A DNA stretch of 63,319 bases, counting the filler, from Octopus bimaculoides (Eukaryota), in NCBI RefSeq assembly GCF_001194135.2. It is 8 parts of 7 records of this genome, joined end to end, with 100 filler letters (N's around TTAATTAATTAA, not from the genome) between each part and the next. Parts side by side here need not be neighbours in the genome. Positions count along the whole stretch, not along the records: positions 10,787 to 16,740 come from NC_068984.1; positions 16,841 to 25,856 come from NC_068982.1; 6 more parts are not named here. One strand, given 5' to 3'. The translations under genes were made by a program, and so were the position numbers. Below the pieces are notes generated by a model, which was not told where the DNA came from, searched no databases, and saw nothing but the letters and a program-made list of their open reading frames with translations. Positions 12,986 through 25,956 of the stretch are shown here, in pieces. Position 1 is the first letter of the stretch. Each line of letters starts with the position of its first letter.

Positions 12986-15002
12986 TACATATACATACAC
13001 ACACACACCACACACATATATATATATACGCCTATACGTACATATATAGTTGTGTGTGTGTACATACCCACATGCGTAATATACATATATAGCTATTCAT
13101 AAATGAATATACATACACACATGTAACAACAAAAACCAGACACGGATGATACATGCAAGAACATACTAAGGATGATACTGAAAGGAAACTGTTAGAAAAT
13201 CAGAAGGAAATTGCGAGGGAGAGGTGGTGAGAAAGGCAAAGAAGGAGTTAAGAAAACTATGAAGATTTAATTTTTAGTGTTATCGTTTAACTTAATATAT
13301 GTATAGTTTTATCTTGGTGTGGCGATATAATAGAATTGTTCAGACAAAAAATAACAATTAGAAGTCAGCATTGGGACTTAGAAGAGAGCTATATACAATA
13401 GATGATAAAAAGAAATGATAAGAACTCCTTTTAGGGTGTATGTCTGCATGAATGGTCGTGAGTGAGTAATATATAGATACGTACGAACATTTAAACATAT
13501 ACTTATGTACACTGATACGGATATACATACACACACACAAATATATATATATATATATATTTGTGTGTGTATACATGTTATATGTGTATATGTATCCTTA
13601 TGTTTCTCTGATACTTATACATTATTATCTGTGAGTTTAGTTTAATATTGGTATCCTAATCCTGGCACTATTCTGGCAACCATCTGTAATGTGTCAGGCA
13701 TAGTTTGGTCTCTGTCATTTATGCAAATTTATTCAATGAGAAACTTGGCATTCTTTTAACAGAAATCTCCGTTTATATTTTTTCTTGCTGGTTTCTTCGC
13801 AATGTGTCGTATTTCCTTATCTCATTATTTATACATTTTATTTTTTATGGCTTGTTTCTATAGAAATTTCCTACAACGACTACGCAATAAACCGCAGTTA
13901 ATAAACCGCTTTATAAAATGCTTCACGCAAATTGTCTCGCGAGCAAGTTTTCCCACTTTTTAATTCCTTTTGAAGATAAGTTTTTTAAAATATATTTAGG
14001 AAGTCCCCATCAACATAAAAAGATACAGATCTACGTAGAGGTGCTGTGATCGAAACCTTTAGTTTGCAAATTCTCAGAGAATAGTGATATTTGTGACGAT
14101 TATGATGAACATGGATATATACATTTCAACGTCTCCAGAAATAATTTGAATGTGATCGAAACTGGTTGTGAAATCTGTTTGCAACACGACAAAGCTCGCT
14201 AAAAATACTCAGTCTTTGGTATTTTAAATCGAGCTCTTTTTGTTCAGACTACAATGCACTTGCGATAAAACCACGGAAAATATATGATAATTATATACTT
14301 ATCAAACCTTGGAAATAGAGCGAAAACAAGAAGCAATTACTCGATACATTGTTATCCGTATTAAACACATTTACTTATGGATATTGCGCAATTCATGCCT
14401 TTAACATTGAGCTAAATTGACGAGGATTGGTGCTACGAATAGAAAGCAAATTTAGAATGCATATTACGTCCCTTTCGACATGATAACTTCCGATTTAAAG
14501 AGCAAGTATTTGTTTATTCTATGCAGATGCATTTGAAAATATTATGTTTTTGTCTACTGCAATATTTTAGCGAAATTTTATGGAAAATTTGGAATAATTT
14601 TCCATAAGTTAAGTTAGCGATGGCAATGTAAATTGTAATATGTTTTGCTTGAAAATATCTTTAAATATTTCCAGTAAATAAAAACAACGATTCACTTTGA
14701 TTGAGACGCCAATGCTTAAGCATTTGGTCATTTTTCGATTATAATCATCCTACCTATAGTATGACCAACATTATAACCATAAACTTCCCATTAATCAAGT
14801 TTATTTTAGTTATATTCTTTATAACAGTAACAACATAGCAAATATTCTATATGAATTTATTGTATCTAAGAATTGCTAAATGTTCGTCTTATACATGGAA
14901 AATTAAATTTTATTTTTATTACGGAACATTGTGTTCAGAGATATCAACTATTTTAAAATATGCGTTTATGTTACTTCAAACCCACCTCCTTTTCTGAATC
15001 AC

Positions 15003-15115
15003 CTGCACCGCGATATTACCAGGCGGATCTCCAGGATTTAGTGAAGTAAATGTGGATTTAGTGAAGAAAATTCTGACCACGACGAAAACCGAAATCACCA
15101 TAAGTATAATGTACT
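15003..15115 (-). CDS. Candidate exon encoding a hydrophobic segment (YIILMVISVFVVVRIFFTKSTFTSLNPGDPPGNIAVQ)
   Basis: Acceptor tgtttaaacag|AG, donor CAG|gtgatt; only one frame open across 113 nt; GC above flanks. No homology recognised. Confidence 0.35.
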
Positions 15116-16740
15116 CTGTTTAAACAATTGTTACAACCACTCTGTGAAAGCTATTACTTCTTGGAACTTAAGAGATGAAGAATTCTATTTCACAAGACAC
15201 AAATATTCTGAACTATCTAACAGCAACAAAACTTAAAAGATTATGGCATTAAGAAGATTATTGATGCTAACTAATACGCTATCGAAACACTCAATACAAA
15301 GTGATTAGAAAAAGGTCTTATTAACCAAAGTGCCCCAAAACTAAATAGTCATGCCTCTGAAGAAATCATGTAAAAATTGTCCAAGCGTCAATGTGGATCC
15401 TATGAAACAAACGGCTCTAAATATTGTATATTTTTAATGTGTGAGGTATTTTCATAAACCATAAATCCACCTCTAAATACACAAAATAAATAGACAGTAA
15501 GCCATCACAAAACCTAGTGTGAGATTTGAAAGATCCAAAACTGAGAATATTAACACCACTTGCGCTTTACTCCATTTCAGCAAAATGTAAATGTTCCTAT
15601 TCAAATTTTTTGTGTTAATGGTGAGAAGTATACTTACACTCTTATTAAAAATCAGACCTGGCATCAAGCAAGTAATATCATGTTTTCAACAGACAACAAC
15701 AATGCTGAAGCAGAGTATACGGACGTAAACATAAAAGCTGTTGATAGGAGATCGATATTCTGTACGATGACGAAAGTAAAAATGTAAATATGTCGAATGA
15801 TACGTATAGAATTAAACTGCCAGTGATTTAGGATTTACCAGCCAGCCCTAGCGCATGAAGCTCTAAAAACAGGTGAAAGCGGGGATTGTAGGAATAATAT
15901 AAGCTGGAACAATTTTAAAATATATATCTTAAATATCTACTGTAGGAAATTTAAAATATTTAACTTATCTAAAGTAATTACTTCTCGTTTGGTTTGTCCT
16001 TACTAGTACTACGTCAGTAAACACACTATTAAATATATAAAAAGATATGGATACATGTGCGTGTAGCAGATTATGCAAACGTAAGAAAAAAGCCACTAAA
16101 AGAGGAATTTAAAACAGAGAGTAAACAGCTCACTTAGATTGAATAACACGTGTAAGTTTACAATTTAGAATGAAGATAAATGCGATAATTTGTCTCCAAA
16201 ATGGAAAAAGATATCGGATGTGAAATAAAATCTATCTCTTTGACAACACGTTGTAAGTACATTTGTACTGTCATATCCTCAGTTTTATACGGAATATACA
16301 TCAACCGACACAATACAAATATAACAATAGCATATATAGGTTATTTCACTGTTTCATGTCGAGAAAAATCGGCATGGCTTCCGAAAATATTCACAGCATT
16401 ATCTAAAATGTATTTGGCTAGGATAGAATTAACTGGCAAAAACATGACGAAATTTTAAATCTACCCGATAAGAAAATCGATAATTAAAAAAAGTACTCTG
16501 AACATACAACTGCGTAATATTTTATCCAATGTGTGCTCATGTTATACGTATATGACAACATATACACAAACGCAGATATGTACATACATATACAGGCCTA
16601 CTCAAGCGCGAGTGCAGAAAAGCAAGGGTATCGAAATCGAAATATATATCTGTCAATGGTTCATATTGATATTTGTACATTTATAATGGACTGGCCTGCA
16701 AGTCCAGAGAATGAGAGTGCAATATATATATATATATATA

Positions 16741-16840
16741 NNNNNNNNNNNNNNNNNNNNNNNNNNNNNNNNNNNNNNNNNNNNTTAATTAATTAANNNN
16801 NNNNNNNNNNNNNNNNNNNNNNNNNNNNNNNNNNNNNNNN
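16741..16840. other. Artificial scaffold spacer
   Basis: 44N-TTAATTAATTAA-44N. Confidence 0.95.
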
Positions 16841-16939
16841 GAAACCGGTTAAGTAAATAAATATTTTTTAAAAATAAGTGCATTTTCAAACCTTCTTTCA
16901 TATATATTTCCACTCGTACGGTATTCCACAACTTTACTT

Positions 16940-16983
<44 letters not shown>

Positions 16984-17019
16984 ACAGGTGATTGGTAAAG
17001 AATCTTTGTATTACTTATG

Positions 17020-17146
17020 CACCATTACGCTTGTTTCAATTGCTAATAGGAGTTATAAAGTTGTACATGTAAGAGAAACATGTCCGATATTTTCTACATG
17101 TATAACTTTGTAACTCCTATTAGCAAATGAAACATGTGTAATGGTG
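17020..17146. mobile_element. 127-bp fold-back (MITE-like) inverted repeat
   Basis: caccattac..tgtttca.ttgctaataggagtta.aaagtt.tacatgta pairs with tacatgtataactttgtaactcctattagcaaatgaaaca..gtaatggtg; arms ~58 bp with few mismatches. Confidence 0.75.
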
Positions 17147-17333
17147 AATAAATACTACCCCAAAATTTTCTAATCACTTGTTTTGAAATGTAATTACTCT
17201 GCAATAACTATTCTCCAGAATTTTCAACTCTTATACATACCTCACACAAATGTAGCATCTATATGCGGATTTTGAATTCTGGAATAAGCAGATGTGCCCC
17301 AATAAGACAGCTTGAATTTTTTAACCTATCCAC

Positions 17334-17372
<39 letters not shown>

Positions 17373-17529
17373 CGTTTTGAACCATGAAGAATTTGTACCG
17401 GATTTTTGCAGTTTTGGCTTGTTTTTCAAACATTTTTTTTTTGCAATTGTCTGAAGATACAGACATAGACTTGCCCTAATGCATCACTAAATTAACGTTG
17501 ATTTTTGTTTTCACCATTGTTACAATCAT

Positions 17530-18455
17530 CTGAAATGTAACTGTCAAAGTGCGATATTCGAGCAATTTCGTCCTTCAAAAAAGGACGTAAAGCAGCTGAA
17601 ACTGCTCACGATATCAACGAAACGTTTGGCGAGGAAATGACCTGTGAGTGGTCAGCTCGAAAATGGTTTAAACGATTTCGCAGTGGTGACTTGAGCCTTG
17701 AAGATTGTGATTGTAGTGGGCGCCCATCTGTCATCGATGACAGTCAGTTAGAGACCGAGATTGAGAAAGATCCACGTAAAACCACTCGAGAATTGGCAAA
17801 AGAACTTCAAGTTAGCCAGAAAACTGTCTGCAACTATTTGCATGTGATCGTAAAATCAAAACAACTCGACAAATGGGTACCACACGATTTGATGGAAATT
17901 AGAAAATGCGCAGATATGAAATTTACTCGTCGCTTCTTCTCTGTAACCAGACCGGTTCATTTTTCGACCGAATTGTAACTTGCGATGAAAAGTGGAGTCT
18001 GTTCAATGATAAAAACGTTCTTCGCAGTGCTTGGACCAAACGGAGCACTGAAAACCTTCCCTAAACTTGAGTTCTTCAAAAGAAGGTTATGGTGACTGTT
18101 TGGTGGTGTACTGCTGGACTCATCCACTATAACCTCTTAAAACCCGGTAAAACTATTGCTGCAGAAACATATTGCCGTGGAATTGCCAAAATGAACGAAA
18201 AACTGCTACTCTTCCGTCTCATACAGGGCAACAGAAGAGGGTCAATCACTAATGACACTCCAGAAGTGAGCTTATTCCCCAGACCTTTCTCCTACCGACT
18301 ACCACTTTTGCAAGCACCTTGATGGTTTCCTGAGAATGAGTTAAAAAAATCAAACCGATACTGAAAGTGTGTTCCAAGAGGTCATCAGCTCCAGAACTCC
18401 AGATTTTTATGTTACCGGAATAACGAAACTTGTAACTCGTTAGCAAGGTGTTGGT
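17530..18455 (+). mobile_element. Mariner (DD34D, SETMAR/Hsmar1-like) transposase pseudogene
   Basis: GRKAAETAHDINETFGEE..KWFKRFRSGDLSLED..SGRPS..DKWVPHDL, IVTCDEKW, VTVWW..GLIHYNLLKPGKTI, YSPDLSPTDYH, FYVTGITKLV; frameshifts, and the HDNARPH region is deleted. Confidence 0.92.
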
Positions 18456-18724
18456 AGGCTAGCACCGACATCATATGCGATGACAGCCCTATTGCTGTGG
18501 TTAGGTCAAGTCCAACCGAGCAAGAGTTCTCTACGGATCTTTCTAGCAGCCGAAGCAATAGTGATGGTGATGGTGGTAGCTTCACCAAATTTGGTTCGAG
18601 CGGGACAAGCAACAACCAGGTTATATTTAGGAAGGTATTCCTCGCTACAAGTCAGGACTCGGAAACGATCCTATTTAAGAAGCATAGACATTCATGAATA
18701 ACACATCGCTCTCACAGAGAGCGA

Positions 18725-18788
<64 letters not shown>

Positions 18789-18881
18789 CTTCTTCTTCTT
18801 CTTCTTCTTCTTCTTCTTCTTCTTCTTCTTCTTCTTCTTCTTCTTCTTCTTCTTCTTCTTCTTCTTCTTCTTCTTCTTCTT
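18725..18881. repeat. Compound (GTT)n(CTT)n microsatellite
   Basis: Direct inspection. Confidence 0.95.
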
Positions 18882-20423
18882 GTTTTTATATTATTATTTT
18901 ATATCATATGTTATGTATATGAATTTACGTATGTGTATGTGTACGCACACACACACATACACACACACGTACACACGAGCATGCATAGTGCATGCATGTG
19001 GCCTGTGTGTTTTTTGTACCTTGTTTATCATGTTGTCCATGTTTTTTTGCGACGTCATGTACCCAGATATGCATCTATATATACATGTAGATGAAGGTAT
19101 GTACATACATGTACATATATATGCATATACTCATATTATATATATATATATATATATATATNNNNNNNNNNNNNNNNNNNNNNNNNNNNNNNNNNNNNNN
19201 NNNNNNNNNNNNNNNNNNNNNNNNNNNNNNNNNNNNNNNNNNNNNNNNNNNNNNNNNNNNNNNNNNNNNNNNNNNNNNNNNNNNNNNNNNNNNNNNNNNN
19301 NNNNNNNNNNNNNNNNNNNNNNNNNNNNNNNNNNNNNNNNNNNNNNNNNNNNNNNNNNNNNNNNNNNNNNNNNNNNNNNNNNNNNNNNNNNNNNNNNNNN
19401 NNNNNNNNNNNNNNNNNNNNNNNNNNNNNNNNNNNNNNNNNNNNNNNNNNNNNNNNNNNNNNNNNNNNNNNNNNNNNNNNNNNNNNNNNNNNNNNNNNNN
19501 NNNNNNNNNNNNNNNNNNNNNNNNNNNNNNNNNNNNNNNNNNNNNNNNNNNNNNNNNNNNNNNNNNNNNNNNNNNNNNNNNNNNNNNNNNNNNNNNNNNN
19601 NNNNNNNNNNNNNNNNNNNNNNNNNNNNNNNNNNNNNNNNNNNNNNNNNNNNNNNNNNNNNNNNNNNNNNNNNNNNNNNNNNNNNNNNNNNNNNNNNNNN
19701 NNNNNNNNNNNNNNNNNNNNNNNNNNNNNNNNNNNNNNNNNNNNNNNNNNNNNNNNNNNNNNNNNNNNNNNNNNNNNNNNNNNNNNNNNNNNNNNNNNNN
19801 NNNNNNNNNNNNNNNNNNNNNNNNNNNNNNNNNNNNNNNNNNNNNNNNNNNNNNNNNNNNNNNNNNNNNNNNACACACACACACACACACACACACACAA
19901 ATATATATATATATATATAAATGAAAAAGAAATATAAACTTTATATACTTTTGAAGTTTTTGAATTATGTACGAAAATTTAGGTCTTTTCCGAAACCAGT
20001 ATTAAATAGAAAGCGCTGTATCCAAGGGAAATAAATCAGTTTTCATTGCAATACACGATTTTGCTTTAATTGTCTGTTATACTTCTTCCCCTTTAATACA
20101 TTGTAATAATTGGGAATTAGAATATTACGTGAGATGGGTTAGCAACAGAATATGTTTGCAATAGATTTTAAATTGCTATTGAAAATCACACGTTTAATTC
20201 GGAAACATGTCTTGAGATTTAGAAAAGGGGATATACGCATGATATCTATATCTTTTCCCCTTTCTATCTGTCTTCCTCTCTCTCTGTATGCATGCATTTA
20301 TACATACATGTATCCATATATATATATATCCATATATATATAAGTTCAAAAAAAGGAAAAAGACAAAAAACAACAACGTGAGGACGTGATACAGATTGTG
20401 TTACTAGACGCTCGGGAAAGGAA

Positions 20424-20501
<78 letters not shown>

Positions 20502-20571
20502 CTGTATGAATCAGATTAATGGATATGGTTATACAGGGCTGGTCCCAAAGCTCTTCCTTGCATTGTTATAG

Positions 20572-20615
20572 ATTTCGAATGATGCCACCTGCTGTGAGGA
20601 CTTTTACACCGGTCT
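20572..20615 (+). CDS. Candidate 44-nt exon (ISNDATCCEDFYTGL or FRMMPPAVRTFTPV)
   Basis: Acceptor ctcttccttgcattgttatag|, donor CT|gtgagt; two frames open; no homology established. Confidence 0.22.
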
Positions 20616-20830
20616 GTGAGTGGAAACCTCGATTTTGTGTGCATCAACACCTCGCCATGCGTCATCACATATGCTTGCGCGCGCACACATACACACACGC
20701 GTATACGGTCATACAATACTGCCGTGCTCGTTTTCTGAAATAAAACCAGCTTGAAGTGAGAGTGCCTATTATAATCACTTATAATGTTAACAACCATCTA
20801 GTATTATCGATATTTGTGGGTCCTAAAGTA

Positions 20831-21250
20831 GTGAGCTGGCAAATTCGTTAGCAAGCCGGGCAAAATGCTTAGCGGCATTTCATGTGTCATTATGTTCTGA
20901 GTTCAAATTCGGCTGAGGTTGACTTGGTATATTATTTTTTCGAGGTCGATAAAATAAGTATCAGTTGAGCAGTGGGATCGATATGATCGATTCACTCTTT
21001 CTCCTGATCTTACTGACCTTATGCCAAAAATTCGAAATAAATATTTGTAGGCAAAATGCTCAGCGGCATTTCATCCTACTTTACGTTCTGAAGTTCAAAT
21101 TCCTCTGAGGTTGATTTTGTATTTCATCCTTTCAGGGTTAATAAAATAAGTACCAGTTGTTTACTGGGGTTGAGGTACAGTGGTGGGATATACATCCGAT
21201 CCCATCACTGAAATTACTGGCCTTGTACCAAAATTGGAAGTCAATATTTG
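20831..21250 (+). mobile_element. Two head-to-tail SINE copies (Meta-domain-like family)
   Basis: agtgagctggcaaattcgttagc...gaggtcgataaaataagta... followed at ~21046 by a 5'-truncated second copy ggcaaaatgctcagcggcatt...ggccttgtacc. Confidence 0.8.
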
Positions 21251-21424
21251 TGGTTCTTAAATGAGTTATAAATTATTTGCTAATTACAATAATGGAGGTA
21301 GATACTATTATCAAAAATTGCAAGTCTATAGCTACAAAACCACTATAATCACTTGGTTGATAAAAAGTAAATCACTTCTAGCTATGGAGACATGATAGGT
21401 GTATATTAATAGGTAAACTTTTTC

Positions 21425-21657
21425 GAGTCATGTCGACTCATAAGGGCCAGTTTCCCGGTTCCATGGTGTATATATTCCCCATCTAGACTGGACGCCGGTC
21501 TGTCGCAGTACTACTCCTTTTTGCAGGCTGAGTGAACTGAAGTAACATGAAATGAAGTATTTTTCTTAAGAACACTACGCGTCGCACGGTCCAGGAATCG
21601 AAACCATAATCTTACGATCACGAGTCCAACACCCTAACGACTAAGCCACGTGCCTCC
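21425..21657 (-). mobile_element. tRNA-headed SINE with CORE-like centre
   Basis: Minus strand ggaggcacgtggcttagtcgttagggtgttggactcgtgatcgtaagattatggtttcgattcctggacc (A/B boxes) then gtgttcttaagaaaaatacttcatttc. Confidence 0.8.
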
Positions 21658-22384
21658 GCGGTGGAAAATAGCAATTGTGTTGGTGATGGTGGGGTGGTGG
21701 AATCTTATGTTGATACTTGTAGAAGAGATATTGGTGTACTGGTGTATTAAGTCGATCAACGTGACTAGCAGTATTAGTGCACATCAGTTTGTAAGTGAGC
21801 AGGTGTTTGGTTACGTGTCACGTGTTCCAGCACATTTATACATACATACATACATACATACATACATACATACATACATACATACATACATTCACACACA
21901 CTCACATATATGCAAACATACATACATGCGTACGTACACACACATACACACACGTGTGCACACACACACATATGTTGTCATAATTTTATAAACTTTTGAG
22001 AGTAAATAATTCTTTATTGGAATAGTATATCTCGAAGCACTTTAAGCTTCAAAGAATAGCATGTTAGTATTCTGACGTCCTCCTCTGGAGACATCAGAAG
22101 AATCTGCACATAATCCTTTGTCATTTCTTCTCTTCGACTTTTGGGTTTGGTTAAAGTCTTACTTATAAAAGAAGAAGCAAAGCATGCTATATACATGTTA
22201 AGTAACCGCTTGGTTCGTATCAAACGGTCTTTCTGTGTGTTTGTACATAAGACTTGTATCGAATGTCCTTATGCACTATAGTTCACGAGACCACTCCAAC
22301 ACCAGAAGTTCTTTGACAGTGGCCCTCTTTGATTTATCAGGAAAATCATTGATAATAGTTTGAACCCGTTAGATAAATTGCAGA

Positions 22385-22540
22385 GATCTTTCAGTTTCCG
22401 TTTATCAAATGCGCTCTCTAGGCATAGGTCGGCTCGGGGCTATAATTGAAGACACTTGCTGAAGGTACCACGCAGTGGGACTGAACCCCGAGCCATGAGG
22501 TTGCGAAACAAACTTCTTCATAGAGAACCACGCCAGCACC

Positions 22541-22541
<1 letters not shown>
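22385..22541 (-). mobile_element. tRNA-headed SINE (third family)
   Basis: tttcagtttccg...gaagacacttgctgaaggtaccacgcagtgggactgaacccc; same family as host SINE at 55811-56160. Confidence 0.75.
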
Positions 22542-22595
<54 letters not shown>

Positions 22596-22614
22596 GTGTA
22601 ATTTTATCTCCCCT

Positions 22615-22647
<33 letters not shown>

Positions 22648-22654
22648 GAGAAAT

Positions 22655-23435
22655 GTCCCACTTTACGAGGACCCGCTTTACGAGACCCCGGCTTTACGAG
22701 TTTTATTTTTCAACTCACTTTTGTACGGTGAGCTGAAATTTTTCAAGCACAAAATCCAAATTTTGAAAAGTTTCTGCCTGTCAGCGAGAAATTTATAGAG
22801 AGCGAGAAAAAGCTTCTAAGCAAACAACTCTAGATTTGTTTCTTTAAAAACAAATCTACAAGTCCGTCTACGAGTGTTTGTGAATCAGCGATCGCGTCTA
22901 CAAGTGATGGTGTGCGCGAGTCTGGTGCGAGTGAAAGTGATTCAGAAAACGATTATGATAATAATATTTTTAGTATGAATGATCTGGACATTCTTTTTAC
23001 TTTACATAAAATATTCTTTACATTCTACTGTTGTTTTATTGCCATTTATTTACGAGTATTATAAATTTTATAGGTAAAATATTTTTCTTATTTCTTTATT
23101 GCCCACAAGGGGCTAAACATAGAGGGGACAAACAAGGACAGACAAAGGGATTAAATCGATTACATCGACCCCAGAGCGTAACTGGTACTTTATTTATCGA
23201 CCCCGAAAGGATGAAATGCAAAGTCGACCTCGGTGGAACGTAACGGCAGACGAAATACCGCTAAGCATTTCGCCCGGCGCGCTAACGTTTCTGCCAGCTC
23301 GCCACCTTTTTATAGGTAAAATATTTTTCTGAGAACGAATTACGATTTATAACATTGCTACTATGGGAAATTATTGCTCTGCTTTACGATTTTTCGTTCT
23401 ACGAGCGGTCGCTTGGAACAAATTCGAGACATTAC
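22655..23435 (+). mobile_element. Tigger/pogo-like DNA transposon remnant, interrupted by a SINE
   Basis: Repeated ctttacga subterminal motifs at both ends, right end tacgagcggtcgcttggaacaaatt, internal peptide YREREKASKQTTLDLFL resembling Tigger C-terminal KQTTLD motif. Confidence 0.6.
23089..23307 (-). mobile_element. Near-intact SINE with 23-bp target-site duplication
   Basis: TTTTATAGGTAAAATATTTTTCT at 23066-23088 and 23308-23330 flanks a complete SINE starting ggtggcgagctggcagaaacgttagc on the minus strand. Confidence 0.9.
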
Positions 23436-23612
23436 GGTATGCTGCTTATCAATGTAGAAAGGGGACAGGAGAGATCTGGCAATTGCAACTCCCCCATGAT
23501 ATCCAACTACAGGAAACTCGCAACGATCAGTTTTGGTTGACACAGATTGGTTAGGTAGATTTTTTAGGCAGTAGTTTAGCCCTGCAGTCACTTTTGTTGT
23601 AGTACGATCGGT

Positions 23613-24047
23613 TTAAGACACAAGAGTTGTCACTATTCTGCGGCCCCTCATCATGAGCTTTGCCTTCAGTCCAGAATTATGCTTGTTAGTGCGGATTTTA
23701 TCTTGGTTTTGAAATACCAAAATTATTTTAGAGACTTTATCTCTCAAAACGTTAAACAAGTTAGCAGTTTTAGAGACTGAAGTTCCTGCTATCCATGCTC
23801 CAACAATTTGTCCTCTTTGGAAATCAGATAGGTCAGACATATAAACTTCTTTAAATATAAATATCTGCAAAAATGAAAAACAAAACAAAAACAAAAGAGA
23901 AGGCTATATTACGAAATACAAGGCATATATAATTCTGATGTGCATATATATAGAAAACCAATGTTTTTAATTCATTATATTACCAATAGAAAAAATAGTT
24001 AAATAAAATTAAAAAAGTGGTGTTTTCATTATTTTGTCCAACTCTTG
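23613..24047 (-). mobile_element. Tc1-like transposon 5' fragment
   Basis: MSDLSDFQRGQIVGAWIAGTSVSKTANLFNV.R..VSK..(K)HNSGLKAKL paired-type HTH; terminus TA|caagagttggacaaaataatgaaaacac. Confidence 0.85.
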
Positions 24048-25024
24048 TATATGCCTACAGGTGTACAGTGGTTTTACACCTTTCACCATGAGAGGGAATA
24101 TTTTCTCTACGGTAACTTCAACGAATTTACCTTTAGAAGTTAAAATATGTCACAGACATATCTTAATTAACATTAAGTTCAATCAAACGATCCACTTGCG
24201 CAACTGATGTTGATTGTTTTTACTTAAAACATTGGCTTTTAATCTGGTCAGCGTTATTTCTCTTTGGTATTTCCCACTGAGAAAGATTAAAGGGCCAGAA
24301 ACACGCATCTGGGAATGAATCCGTTAGAGCTAAGCACTGGACAGATATAGTGTTTTAACACCTTTTGCCAGAAGAGAGAATTTTTTTCTCCACGGTAATT
24401 GCATTAAATTTTTTTTTAGAAGTTAAAACATATAACAAACATATTTTAACTAACCTAAAGTTTATAAATATACATATATACATAATATATACATGTTTAT
24501 ACGTACATATATATTAACAAGACTATTCTGTTTGATGTTGTCTTAATCACAACGAAGGAGGCTTTTTGAATCTTTAGTAACTTTGCTCTTTAGTAACTAA
24601 AAAGACATAATCGAATAAACAACTGCAGAAACAAATAATTCTGCTCGACATCTTTGCTGTTATTGGTATTAAGAGAATTATGCCACTAGATCATTGAAAG
24701 AATAAGACTCTGTTACTGGAAGCATACTTGCATTGTAAAAATAAACTCAAAGATGACACTAGGGAAGAGTCAGATCTCCCCCGAGGAAAAGAGGAAATAA
24801 TCATTTTATATGACCACTGATAACTGTCCATTGACTGTATGTGGACTAGTTCAGTCAAATTAAACTCGGACTAGTAAACACTGGCGAGCGGGTGAGACAC
24901 AATGCATCAACTTTTGTTGGCTCACAAACTCTTCAACTGGAATACTAGGTTATTAACAGGCTTGAAACTTGCTCTTTCTCTATTAGCCAGAATTTCGAAA
25001 ACTTATGTCAAGATCAAATAGATC

Positions 25025-25300
25025 ATTCATACATACAGATATTCAGACATGTTATACATACATACATACATACATACATACATACATACAAGCATACACA
25101 CACATACACAAACACATACATAGATATGCATATACACGTATACATACGTACGTACACACATACATACATATGTACAGACGTATATACATACATAAATACA
25201 TTCATACATACATTCGTACGTAGATGTATACATACATATGTACATATTCACATACATAAATACATGCATGCATGCATACATACATACATACATACATACA
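25025..25300. repeat. Degenerate (TACA)n tract
   Basis: Direct inspection. Confidence 0.9.
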
Positions 25301-25785
25301 TACTGGTTCCAGCAGTTTATATGTTCGGTAGCAATTAGTCTAAAAACATTCATAACAATCATTTCAAGCTCTGGGGGATATTGCATTATACGAGGAGATG
25401 AGATAATAGCAGGATATCTGAAATTCTGCATTCAAGTTAATAATAGGTATTTTTCCCTTCTATATAATTTTATATAAAAAAAATAATATACATTATATAA
25501 TATGTATATACATGTACGTTTATATTGATGTATATCGAATATTATTCATGTATACTCTGTTGCCTACTTTTCGCCGATTTAACGTATCCATCAACGGATG
25601 ATTATCCCATTTGGAAGGTGAATGAAGGAAACATTCGATTACATCGACTCTATAACTCAACGGGTACTCATTTCCTTTAGAAGGCAACGATGTTCAAATA
25701 CCGACTTCGACAGTGTTTGAATATAAAGAGTTATGGACGTTAGCGATTCTACCAAAGCAATGACTTTGTACACACACGTACGGAT

Positions 25786-25856
<71 letters not shown>

Positions 25857-25956
25857 NNNNNNNNNNNNNNNNNNNNNNNNNNNNNNNNNNNNNNNNNNNN
25901 TTAATTAATTAANNNNNNNNNNNNNNNNNNNNNNNNNNNNNNNNNNNNNNNNNNNN
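25857..25956. other. Artificial scaffold spacer
   Basis: 44N-TTAATTAATTAA-44N. Confidence 0.95.
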
